Shown: positions 56,309 through 64,000 of the stretch, one piece after another
How the letters are laid out: every line of letters begins with the position of its first letter
Numbering within the stretch: position 1 is the first letter of the stretch
Source of the DNA: Planctomycetota bacterium
GTDB lineage: Bacteria > Planctomycetota > UBA1135 > UBA2386
DNA length: 64,000 bases
Assembly: GCA_965228735.1 (NCBI GenBank)
Contig: OZ245838.1
Coordinates: forward strand, 2,592,001-2,656,000
Direction of reading: 5' to 3'
Made by a program: the position numbers and the translations under genes
Notes under the pieces: model-generated
Databases searched by the model: none
What the model was told of the DNA's origin: nothing
The model's input: only the letters and a program-made list of their open reading frames with translations

Positions 56309-58066
56309 TCAGGCCGGCCCGTCAGGGGCGGCCCCGGCCGGGCCATCGCCGGCCGGCGGGCGACGCCAGTCCGCGCCGCGGGCCGCGAGGCCGAGCAGCA
56401 GCCCGGCGGCGGTCAGGACCGGCAGCAGCAGCAGCCACGGGGAAACCCCGAGCAGCGCCCCCCAGAACACCCACCACACGTGCCGGAACCCGCGGTCCTC
56501 CCAGTAGATCGGCGCGAGACCCTGGCTGGGCCGCACGGCCTCGACGCCGAACAACGGTTCGATCGTATTCGCGCTGCCGTCGACCCGCCGCCCGTTCTCG
56601 TCCTCGAAGTCGCCGCGCACCGACCGCACGCAGTAGGTCCAGTTGGCGTGCAGCGGCGAGAATCGCGGCAGGAAGAAGAAGTGGTCCGCGGCGTCGAGGT
56701 TCTGCCAGTCCTCCTCGTCGATCTCGCCGTTCTGGTACTCGCGTTCGTACATCGCGGTCACCCCCTGACCGGCGAGCTGGTTGAGCCCGTGGGTCGGCGC
56801 GACGAGCCCCGTGACGTTCACGAACAGGCCGAGGGTCGCGAGCGCCAGGAACGTGCGCGGCCACGTGCGCCACGGCGTGAGCTGCGGCAGCGCGATCGCG
56901 AGCAGCAGCACGACGCCCGGCGTGACGTAGCGGATGCCCCAGCATTGGCCCGACTGCCAACCGTTGGTCGACGAGAACATCAGGAACGGGATCAGGAACA
57001 ACACCTGACCCAGCACCCCGAATTCGACCGCTCGACGCCGCGCGATCGTCAGCGGGACGACGAGCCAGAGCAGCGGGGAGAACCACAGGATGCCCTTCCC
57101 CGCGGCGACCAGGATCTTGGTCGCGCCGAACCAGATCGGGTAGTTGAACCACGAGTCGGCCTTGGGGTAGCCCGTGTCGGTCACATCGCCGTGCCGCAGC
57201 CAGTTCACGGTCATGAGCAGCGCGAGGCAAGGCAGGCCGCCCAGGGCGAACCAGAGCAGCGCGCGCCACGACGTGCGACCGCGCCACGCGGCGGCGGCGA
57301 GAGCGACCACGAGCACGGGCACGAGCGTGCCGTGCGGGTAGCGCGTGAGCACGGCGAACCCGGCGGCGAGCCCACCCAGAACGAGTTGCACCGTGGATGC
57401 GCGGCCGCCGGCTGCGCGCGCGACCACGAGCATCGCCGCGAGCAGGCAGCACAGGCCCGGCGTGTCCGACAACCCCTCCCGCACGAGCGGCATGAACTGG
57501 CTCGTGAGCGCGATCGCCGCGGTCGAGATCATCGCGTCCCGCGGAGCCGCGCCGAGCTCACGGGCAAGGAAGTAGAGCAACAGGATCCCGATCGCGCCGA
57601 GCACCGCGGGCCACATCGCGGCGATCGCCTGGATCCACACGAACTGACCGTCGAGGTACGGCAGGTGAGAGGCCAGCTGGGCGTCGTTCAATCCCGCGGC
57701 GACGCGTTCCTTGAAGCGCTGCTCGATCGCCGGGAACGCGCTGTCGAGCGCGTCGCCCGCGATGACGGCCGGCACCATGAGCCAGACGTGCCCCATGGGG
57801 AACCAGACGTAGAGCTTCCCGTTCCGGCCCTCCTTGCCGTACCACTGTTCGCCGCGCTCGAGCCGGAGGCGATGCTCGAACACGAGCGCCTGTTCGGCGA
57901 GGGACTCGGCGCCCTGCCTCGGACCGGCCAGGCCGCTGTCCCCGCGATGCCAGAGCGCGCGAGCCGCGTGCATCGTCGCGGCCGCGTCGCGGTTGTCGAG
58001 GTTGCCCGGCGCGGTGACGTAGCACAGCAGCGCGAGCCCGAAGAACGCGAGCACGACGCGCCGCAT
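56309..58066 (-). CDS. Multi-pass membrane protein, probable GT-C (ArnT/PMT-like) glycosyltransferase
   Basis: N.D in the first loop, LYV.FP.G, EGLSD, G.A.LTRY, N..R.G....TGY, KG..WFSP, WG.RY..P. Confidence 0.7.
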   Translation of the reverse strand: MRRVVLAFFGLALLCYVTAPGNLDNRDAAATMHAARALWHRGDSGLAGPRQGAESLAEQALVFEHRLRLERGEQWYGKEGRNGKLYVWFPMGHVWLMVPAVIAGDALDSAFPAIEQRFKERVAAGLNDAQLASHLPYLDGQFVWIQAIAAMWPAVLGAIGILLLYFLARELGAAPRDAMISTAAIALTSQFMPLVREGLSDTPGLCCLLAAMLVVARAAGGRASTVQLVLGGLAAGFAVLTRYPHGTLVPVLVVALAAAAWRGRTSWRALLWFALGGLPCLALLMTVNWLRHGDVTDTGYPKADSWFNYPIWFGATKILVAAGKGILWFSPLLWLVVPLTIARRRAVEFGVLGQVLFLIPFLMFSSTNGWQSGQCWGIRYVTPGVVLLLAIALPQLTPWRTWPRTFLALATLGLFVNVTGLVAPTHGLNQLAGQGVTAMYEREYQNGEIDEEDWQNLDAADHFFFLPRFSPLHANWTYCVRSVRGDFEDENGRRVDGSANTIEPLFGVEAVRPSQGLAPIYWEDRGFRHVWWVFWGALLGVSPWLLLLPVLTAAGLLLGLAARGADWRRPPAGDGPAGAAPDGPA

Positions 58067-59709
58067 CAGCCGCCGCCTCCGAGCGCTCCCGGATCGACGC
58101 CGAGCCACGGCAGCGACCACCACCAGAGCATGGGCACGAGCAGGATCGCCGCGAGCAGGTCGAGGAAGATGCCGGCGCGCGCCATCTGGCCGAACGTCAC
58201 GAGCCGCGAGGCGAAGACGATCGTGTTGGGCGGCGTCGCGATCGGCAGCATGAAGCCGCACGTCGACGCGATGACCGCCGGTGCCATGAGCGCGACCGGG
58301 TCGATCTTGGCGGCGATGGCGCCGTCGCGCAGGACGGGCAGCAGCATCGTCGCGCAGGCCGTGTTGCTCGCGACCTCGGAAAGCGCGGTCACCGAGAGCA
58401 CCATGACGCCGATGAGCGCCGCGGGGTGCCAGGCGCCGATGAGCGGCGCGAGCAGTTCGCCGAACGCCGCGGACAAACCGGTCGGCGTGAACGCGCTCGC
58501 CATCGCGATGCCGCCGCCGAGCAACAGCAGCAGATCGAACGGCATCTGCCGCGCCGTCTCCCAGTCGACGAGGTGCTCGCGCTGGCCGGACGGCGTCGCG
58601 GGGGCGCCGGTCGGCACGAGGAACGCGAGGATCGCGACGAGGACCGCGACCGAACCGTCCGCGATGAACCCGCTCTTCTCGCCCGCCGGCACGAGATGGT
58701 GCGCCCAGCCGTGAATGACGTTGCCCGGGCCGAGCTGCAGGTCGCCGCGCGTCACCCACAGCAGCACGGCCAGCCCGAAGAGGACGGCGGTGCGGCGTTC
58801 GGCCCGCGACCAGGACGGCAGCGCACGCGCTTCGGCAAGCAGCTCGTCGCCGCGCGCGAACCGCTTGCCCGGGACGCGCAGCGGCACGCGCGTCATCACG
58901 ACGCTCGCGAGCCAGGCAAATAGCAGCGCGAACGGCCCGAACGCGATGAACCAGTCGAGGAACGACACCGGCCGCGCGCCGGCCTCGACGAGCGGGTCGT
59001 GGGTCGAGAAGAACAGCGCGTTGGGCGCCGTGCCGATCGGGGTCGCCATGCCGCCGATCGACGCGCCGAACGCGATCGCGCACATCACGCCGGCGCTGAA
59101 GTCGCTCTGGGTGCGGTCCGGCAGTTCGCTGAGCGCGGCGGCGCGGCGGCAGACCACGATTCCGATCGGCAGGAGCAGCAGCGCGGTCGCGGTGTTGCTG
59201 ATCCACATCGACAACAAGGTCGATGCGAGGAAGAACCCGGTGACGAGTCGGCGCGGCGACGGCCCGAGCAACGCGATGACGCGCAGCGCGAGCCGGCGAT
59301 GCAGGCCGCAGCGCTCGACCGCCTGCGCGAGCACGAACCCGCCGCCGAACAACCAGAGGATCGGATGGCCGTAGCCGTCCGTCAGGGTCGCGGTCGACGC
59401 GACGCCGAGGATCGGGAGCAGCGCGAGCGGCAGCAGCGAAGCGGCGGCGATCGGCATCGCGTTCAGCAGCCAGCACGACGTCGTCAACGCGGTGACGAAC
59501 AGCAGCCGGCACGCCGGCCCTGGGTCGGCGCCCGCCGGCAGCGGCAGGTAGCGGCCGAGGAACGCGACGAGCAGGCCGATGCCGATCGCCAGCGCGATGC
59601 GGGTGCCGTGCACGTCCCGGCGCGTCGGGGGCGCGCCGCCGCCCCGATTCGGATTCGGACTCGGACTCGCGGCACCCGACCCGGCTGAAGGCATGCCGGT
59701 GCCGGTCAT
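58066..59709 (-). CDS. DASS/SLC13 sodium:dicarboxylate or sulfate symporter
   Basis: LF.GGF.LA.A.E..GLHRR.AL, SMWISNTAT, ASIGG.ATPIGTAPN, SE.ASNTA, GFMLP.ATPPN. Confidence 0.93.
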   Translation of the reverse strand: MTGTGMPSAGSGAASPSPNPNRGGGAPPTRRDVHGTRIALAIGIGLLVAFLGRYLPLPAGADPGPACRLLFVTALTTSCWLLNAMPIAAASLLPLALLPILGVASTATLTDGYGHPILWLFGGGFVLAQAVERCGLHRRLALRVIALLGPSPRRLVTGFFLASTLLSMWISNTATALLLLPIGIVVCRRAAALSELPDRTQSDFSAGVMCAIAFGASIGGMATPIGTAPNALFFSTHDPLVEAGARPVSFLDWFIAFGPFALLFAWLASVVMTRVPLRVPGKRFARGDELLAEARALPSWSRAERRTAVLFGLAVLLWVTRGDLQLGPGNVIHGWAHHLVPAGEKSGFIADGSVAVLVAILAFLVPTGAPATPSGQREHLVDWETARQMPFDLLLLLGGGIAMASAFTPTGLSAAFGELLAPLIGAWHPAALIGVMVLSVTALSEVASNTACATMLLPVLRDGAIAAKIDPVALMAPAVIASTCGFMLPIATPPNTIVFASRLVTFGQMARAGIFLDLLAAILLVPMLWWWSLPWLGVDPGALGGGG

Positions 59710-60035
59710 GCCGGCGGCGTCACCGAATCACGCAGCCACGCGAGGTAGGCCGGCAGCCCGCTGGTGATCGGCAGTTCGATCACCTCGGGCACGTCGTAGG
59801 GATGCAGTTCGACGATGCGTGCGCGCAGCTGCGCCGCCATCGCGACCGTCGACTTCACGACGAGCAGCGACTCCTCCGCGCTCTCGACGCGACCTTCCCA
59901 GCGGAACGTGCTCAGCACCGTCGGGATCACGTTCACACAGGCGCAGAGCTGCTCCTCCACGAGCTTCTGCGCGAGGTCACGGGCGCCGGGCGGCGGCGCG
60001 GTGCACAGGACGACGACGGCTTCGGGGCTGCTCAT
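59706..60035 (-). CDS. cutA: Divalent-cation tolerance protein CutA
   Basis: VLCTAP, LVEEQLCACVN, S.F.WEG, E.LL..KS, HPYDVPEVI, YL.WL. Confidence 0.95.
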   Translation of the reverse strand: MSSPEAVVVLCTAPPPGARDLAQKLVEEQLCACVNVIPTVLSTFRWEGRVESAEESLLVVKSTVAMAAQLRARIVELHPYDVPEVIELPITSGLPAYLAWLRDSVTPPA

Positions 60036-60088
60036 GCGGGACGGATCGCTGCAGGACGCGCGCGAGGTGATCGCGCGATGAGTGGGGG

Positions 60089-60838
60089 TTACTTGCCGCG
60101 GGCGAGCCGTTCCGCGAGTGCTGGGTGCAGGCCGGCCGCGAGGATCTTGGCCTGCGCGCGGCGGAAGTCGTAGGGCACGCGGTGGATCTCGACGACGCCC
60201 TCGCGCACGACGCCGAAGCTCGCGCGCGGGTCGCCGTCGCGCGGCTGCCCGACACTCCCGACGTTGACGACGCACGGGCCATCCAGCTCGAACACGTTCT
60301 GGTCGTCCGTCGCCTGCGTGAAGCGGTAATCGGGCCGGTGCACCCCGGGCCAGTGGGTATGGCCGACGAAGCACGGCCGATCGATCATCGCGAAGATCTG
60401 CTGCAGCTTCTCCGGTTCGAGGAAGCCGTCGCTCTTCAGCACGTACTCCATCACCGGATCGCGCGGCGAACCGTGGAAGTAGAGGAAGCGCCCGTCCTCC
60501 TTGCGCTCGGGCAGGCCCTTGAGGAACTCCCACGCCGCGCGCCGCCCCGGCCGGAACAGCGACGGCTTGAGCATGTTGCGCGTGTGCATCAGCGCTTCGC
60601 GCGCGAGCGGGTTGAAGTCGTCGAGGTCGTGGAACAGGCCCCAGTCGTGATTGCCGAGGATCGTCCACTTGCAGCGCTGCATCACGAGCCGCGTCACGGG
60701 GAGCGGATCGGCGCCGTAGCCGACCACGTCTCCGAGACACGCGACCTCGCTCACGCCGAGCGAGTCGATGCGCGCGAACACCGCCTCGACGGCCTCGAGG
60801 TTGCTGTGCAGGTCCGAGATCAGCGCAAACGTGGTCAC
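60089..60838 (-). CDS. Calcineurin-like metallophosphoesterase
   Basis: ISDLHSN, LGDVVGYG, GNHD, HGSP, GHTH, NVGSVGQPRDGDPRAS. Confidence 0.95.
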   Translation of the reverse strand: MTTFALISDLHSNLEAVEAVFARIDSLGVSEVACLGDVVGYGADPLPVTRLVMQRCKWTILGNHDWGLFHDLDDFNPLAREALMHTRNMLKPSLFRPGRRAAWEFLKGLPERKEDGRFLYFHGSPRDPVMEYVLKSDGFLEPEKLQQIFAMIDRPCFVGHTHWPGVHRPDYRFTQATDDQNVFELDGPCVVNVGSVGQPRDGDPRASFGVVREGVVEIHRVPYDFRRAQAKILAAGLHPALAERLARGK

Positions 60839-61839
60839 GGCGTGTTCACCCCGGCCGCCGCATCACGCAGAGCGCGCCCCACCGCTTCTTCGACCGCGAT
60901 CTCCGCCTGCGCGAGGGGCATCGTCATCGTCGCGCCCGCGGCCTTCTTGTGGCCGCCGCCCCCGAACGTCGTGCAGATCACCTGCACATCGAGGTCCGTC
61001 CGCGCGCGCATCGACAGCTTGACCGCGCCATCGAACCGCTCCTTCAGCAAGGCCACGACCTCGACGCCCTGCAGCGATCGGAGCGGTTCGAGCACGGAGT
61101 CCGTGTCGAAGTCGATCCGCACGGCCTGCTCCATGATCGACTTGTCGAGGGTGACGATCGCCAGGCGCCCGCCGCACGCGAGGCGGTGGCGCTCCAGCGC
61201 GGTCGTGAGCACGCGACCCGATTCCGGATGGTTGTTGCGATAGAGATGGTCGTAGAGCCCGCCGACGTCGACCCCGGCGGCGACGAGTTCGCTGGCGAGC
61301 GCGAACACCTCGGTGTCGGTGTTGGAGTAGCGGAACCAACCCGTGTCCGACACCAGCGAGAGGAACACGCCCTCGGCGGCGACCGCATCGAGCGGCACGT
61401 CGAACTCGCGGAACAGCCGGCGCACGAGCGCACCGGTGGCCGCCGCAGTCGAGTCGACGTAGGACGCGACACCATCGCCGGCCTCACTGCCGACGTGGTG
61501 GTCGACGACCGCGATCGGCTTGTTCGCGAGCCGCAGCTGCCCACCGAGCGCGCCGAGCCGCGACAAGGTCGCGCAGTCGAGCAGCACCGCGACGTCGAAA
61601 TCCGGCAACGGTCGCTGGTCACCGCGCCAGTGCTCGAACTCCGTGTGCCGCTGCAGGAAGTGGAAGGACTTGCCGATCGGATCCGGGTTGCAGATCACGG
61701 GCTTCTTCCCCATCGCCTGCAGGAGCCGGCTCATCGCGACTTCCGCCCCGAGGCAATCGCCGTCGGGGTTCTCGTGCCCCGACAGCAGAAACCTGTCGTG
61801 TCGGCGAATCAGCTCGTGGAACTCCTGGGCGTCGCTCAA
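60835..61839 (-). CDS. nrnA: DHH/DHHA1 phosphoesterase (NrnA-like oligoribonuclease/pAp phosphatase)
   Basis: HENPDGDC.G, LD, VDHH, SDTGWFRY, K.S.R, GGGGHKKAAG. Start uncertain. Confidence 0.9.
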   Translation of the reverse strand: MSDAQEFHELIRRHDRFLLSGHENPDGDCLGAEVAMSRLLQAMGKKPVICNPDPIGKSFHFLQRHTEFEHWRGDQRPLPDFDVAVLLDCATLSRLGALGGQLRLANKPIAVVDHHVGSEAGDGVASYVDSTAAATGALVRRLFREFDVPLDAVAAEGVFLSLVSDTGWFRYSNTDTEVFALASELVAAGVDVGGLYDHLYRNNHPESGRVLTTALERHRLACGGRLAIVTLDKSIMEQAVRIDFDTDSVLEPLRSLQGVEVVALLKERFDGAVKLSMRARTDLDVQVICTTFGGGGHKKAAGATMTMPLAQAEIAVEEAVGRALRDAAAGVNTP

Positions 61840-61870
61840 GACCGCACTGTAGAGGCGGCCGGCTGGCGGC

Positions 61871-63151
61871 TCAACGTCGGGGCGCCAAGCGGCGCCCACG
61901 AACGTAGACCACGTGGATCCGCAGGTCGCCGTGGACGAATGCCGCGATCGATCCGCGCGGGCTCGCTTCGGCTCCAGGCCCTGCCAACGGCAACACGAGG
62001 AAGTCGGCAGCCGCGCCGACCCGCAGGCGACCCGCCGCCGTGCCGAGCGCCCGACCTCCGGCAGCGGTCGCCATCGTGAGCAGGGTCTCGGGCGCGAGCC
62101 CGGGCCAGAGCCGGGCCGCGTCCCGCAACGCCGCCCGCATCGACCAGTCCCGATTGCTGGCGCGGGAATCGGTGCCGAGCGCGACGGTGATGCCGGCCGC
62201 GAGCCAGGCCTCGACCGGCGGCACCGGGCGCCCGAACCACGCAATCGTCCCCGGGCACACGACGACGGGCGCCCTTGCTGCGGCGATCCGTTCCACGTCC
62301 CCCGCCTCGAGGTCCTGGCAATGCACGAGCTGCACCGACGGCCGCAATAGCCCGAGCCGTTCGAGCCAGCGAACGGCGCCGACCCCGGGCGCGCGGTGGC
62401 CACTTGGCAGGCGCCCGAGATCGGCGAGCAGTTCGGCGAACGGACCGGTGCCAGCGCGCAGGAACTCCTGCTCGGCCGGCGTCTCGGCGCAGTGCACGGC
62501 GAGCCATCGGGCGCGGCGCGCCGCGCTCCGGAACAGCTCGGGCGAGACGGAGTACGGCGCGTGCGGCGACAGACCGGCGGCGAGCCGCAGACCTGACGCG
62601 CGCGCGCGATCGCGCGCGAGTATGGCCGCCGCACGGGCATCGAGATGGAAGCCCGTCAGCTCCTGGTAGCACCGACCACCGATCCCGATCGGCCGCAGTG
62701 CCGCCGGCCCGAGCCCCGTCGAGTCGATCTCGCCGACCGCAGTCGCGCCCTCGGTCAGCCGGTCCCAGGCGCCCTGCTGGGCGGCCCGCAGCCAGTCGGC
62801 CGCGTTCTGGTCACCGCGCGCCGCCATCACGGCGCGCGCCCAGGGCACGAACTCGCCGGCCGGCAACGCCGACGACTGCTCGGGATCGAGCGCGTCGATC
62901 TGCAGGTGGACGTGGGCGTCCACGAGGCCTGGAACGACCGCGGCCTCTTCGATCGCGGCGCGGCCACGCGCTCGCCGCACGGCCAGCAAGCGCCCGGCCG
63001 AGTCCCAGACGAGTTCGCCCGGGGAGAGCGACTCGCCGCCGCCGAGGACGACGTGGCGAGCTCGCAGGACGCGGCGAGCTCGCCGATCCCGCGGATCAGC
63101 AGCTCGCCAGCTGGAGCGAGCGCGCCGGGGGCGCACCCGCGACCGACTCAC
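61871..63151 (-). CDS. Metal-dependent amidohydrolase (nucleoside/futalosine deaminase-like)
   Basis: PGLVDAHVHL, SPHAPYSVS, HCAET..E, LVHC, CP, ALGTDS.ASN, G.L..G..ADF. Confidence 0.9.
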   Translation of the reverse strand: MSRSRVRPRRARSSWRAADPRDRRARRVLRARHVVLGGGESLSPGELVWDSAGRLLAVRRARGRAAIEEAAVVPGLVDAHVHLQIDALDPEQSSALPAGEFVPWARAVMAARGDQNAADWLRAAQQGAWDRLTEGATAVGEIDSTGLGPAALRPIGIGGRCYQELTGFHLDARAAAILARDRARASGLRLAAGLSPHAPYSVSPELFRSAARRARWLAVHCAETPAEQEFLRAGTGPFAELLADLGRLPSGHRAPGVGAVRWLERLGLLRPSVQLVHCQDLEAGDVERIAAARAPVVVCPGTIAWFGRPVPPVEAWLAAGITVALGTDSRASNRDWSMRAALRDAARLWPGLAPETLLTMATAAGGRALGTAAGRLRVGAAADFLVLPLAGPGAEASPRGSIAAFVHGDLRIHVVYVRGRRLAPRR

Positions 63152-64000
63152 GCGCGCGCGCGCACGCGGAGCGCCATCACGACGGCGTTCGGCGCAACGT
63201 CGCGGTTGAAGAGGATCTGGAAACGGAAGCCGGTCGGCGAGTCGAGGCCGATGCCCTGGCCCGCACCGGAGCCGATGCCGTCGCGCCACAGGCCGACCGT
63301 GCCGATGATCGGCTCGTTCGTCTGCTGCGTCAGCTGCGCGCCCTGGAACTGGATGCGCACCGGCAGGCTCGGGGAGTTCGCGGCCTGCGTGCCCGGGTCA
63401 CCCGTGTCCGTGTACGTGATGTCGACGATGCCGTCGCCGTTCGTGTCGACGTCGAGCTCGTAGGACAGCCATGCGGGCGGGAAGACCTGACCCGTGCCGT
63501 ACCACTTCGACTGGCAGCCCGAGAACGTGTCGCGGTCCGTCAGGACGGCGCTGTTCAGGCTCGGGTCGTAGGTCGGGACACTGCCGGCCTGACCGTTGAA
63601 CGTGAGCGTGCCGCCGGCCTCGAGCCGGTAGAAGCCCGGCGCGCCCGCGCCGGCGACCGTCTCGAACGCCTGGACGTTCGTCAGACCGACGTTGTCGTTC
63701 ACGCTGCCGTCGCCACCCGAGGTGTCGATCGGGCAGTTGACCGTCAGGTCACCGCCGGCCTGCAGCACGAACGAACCGCCCGAGCCGCCGCCACCCGGCG
63801 AGGAGATGCCCCAGTCGCCCGTCGAAGCCGTGCTGCCCTCGGGGCGCCCGTCGATGACCGCACCCTCGCCACCCTTGGCCTCGAGCGTGGCTGCCGCGCC
63901 GACCGTCAGGTCCGCACCGACGCGCAGACCGATCGCGCCGCCACCACCGCTGCCGGCGTGGCCCGCGATGTAGACGTCGCCCGTCGCGAAGATGGTGCCG
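63148..64000 (-). CDS. C-terminal part of a large Gly-rich extracellular protein (5' end outside the window)
   Basis: Frame is open to the window edge: GSGGGGAI, GGGGSGGS..LQ, GAPG..RLE, DxDGDG-like motif, RIQFQG, FRF.I.F. Confidence 0.8.
   Translation of the reverse strand, partial: GTIFATGDVYIAGHAGSGGGGAIGLRVGADLTVGAAATLEAKGGEGAVIDGRPEGSTASTGDWGISSPGGGGSGGSFVLQAGGDLTVNCPIDTSGGDGSVNDNVGLTNVQAFETVAGAGAPGFYRLEAGGTLTFNGQAGSVPTYDPSLNSAVLTDRDTFSGCQSKWYGTGQVFPPAWLSYELDVDTNGDGIVDITYTDTGDPGTQAANSPSLPVRIQFQGAQLTQQTNEPIIGTVGLWRDGIGSGAGQGIGLDSPTGFRFQILFNRDVAPNAVVMALRVRARA

Noticed and set aside
1..64000. Alternative genetic code (TGA = Trp/Gly)
   Set aside because: Many well-conserved genes (glgC, punA, thiolase, cutA, comM) end at TGA at their expected C-termini, often in ATGA/GTGA overlaps.

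Overview
High-GC (roughly 70% by eye), densely coding bacterial chromosome segment. The gene content suggests Planctomycetota (inference): HEAT+VWA protein, TPR-tailed Ser/Thr kinases paired with an ECF sigma factor, Cys-type sulfatase, FGE-domain lipoprotein, prenyltransferase-repeat protein and Cys-containing secreted proteins. About 50 genes are supported. They include glycogen metabolism (debranching enzyme, glgC), nucleoside salvage (CNT transporter, PNP), pabB/pabC-like genes, thiolase, crotonase, two cyclophilins, HD-GYP, ClC, NUDIX-MBL, MFS, ComM/YifB, DASS, CutA, NrnA and an amidohydrolase. I saw no rRNA, tRNA, CRISPR array, transposase or integrase. Best candidates for uncharacterised systems: (1) a tightly packed four-gene operon near the glycogen genes (S51/cyanophycinase-like peptidase, CBM48-like esterase, ATP-grasp ligase, esterase); (2) a ~120-aa C-terminal domain shared by three exported proteins, a candidate sorting/anchoring domain; (3) a kinase-ECF cassette divergent from a pseudogenised secreted protein, with an outward-facing pair of near-identical bipartite promoter-like motifs; (4) a CNT nucleoside transporter fused to two PKD-like Ig domains. 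All family assignments come from motif recognition by eye, not database searches. Several start codons were re-called from the sequence.
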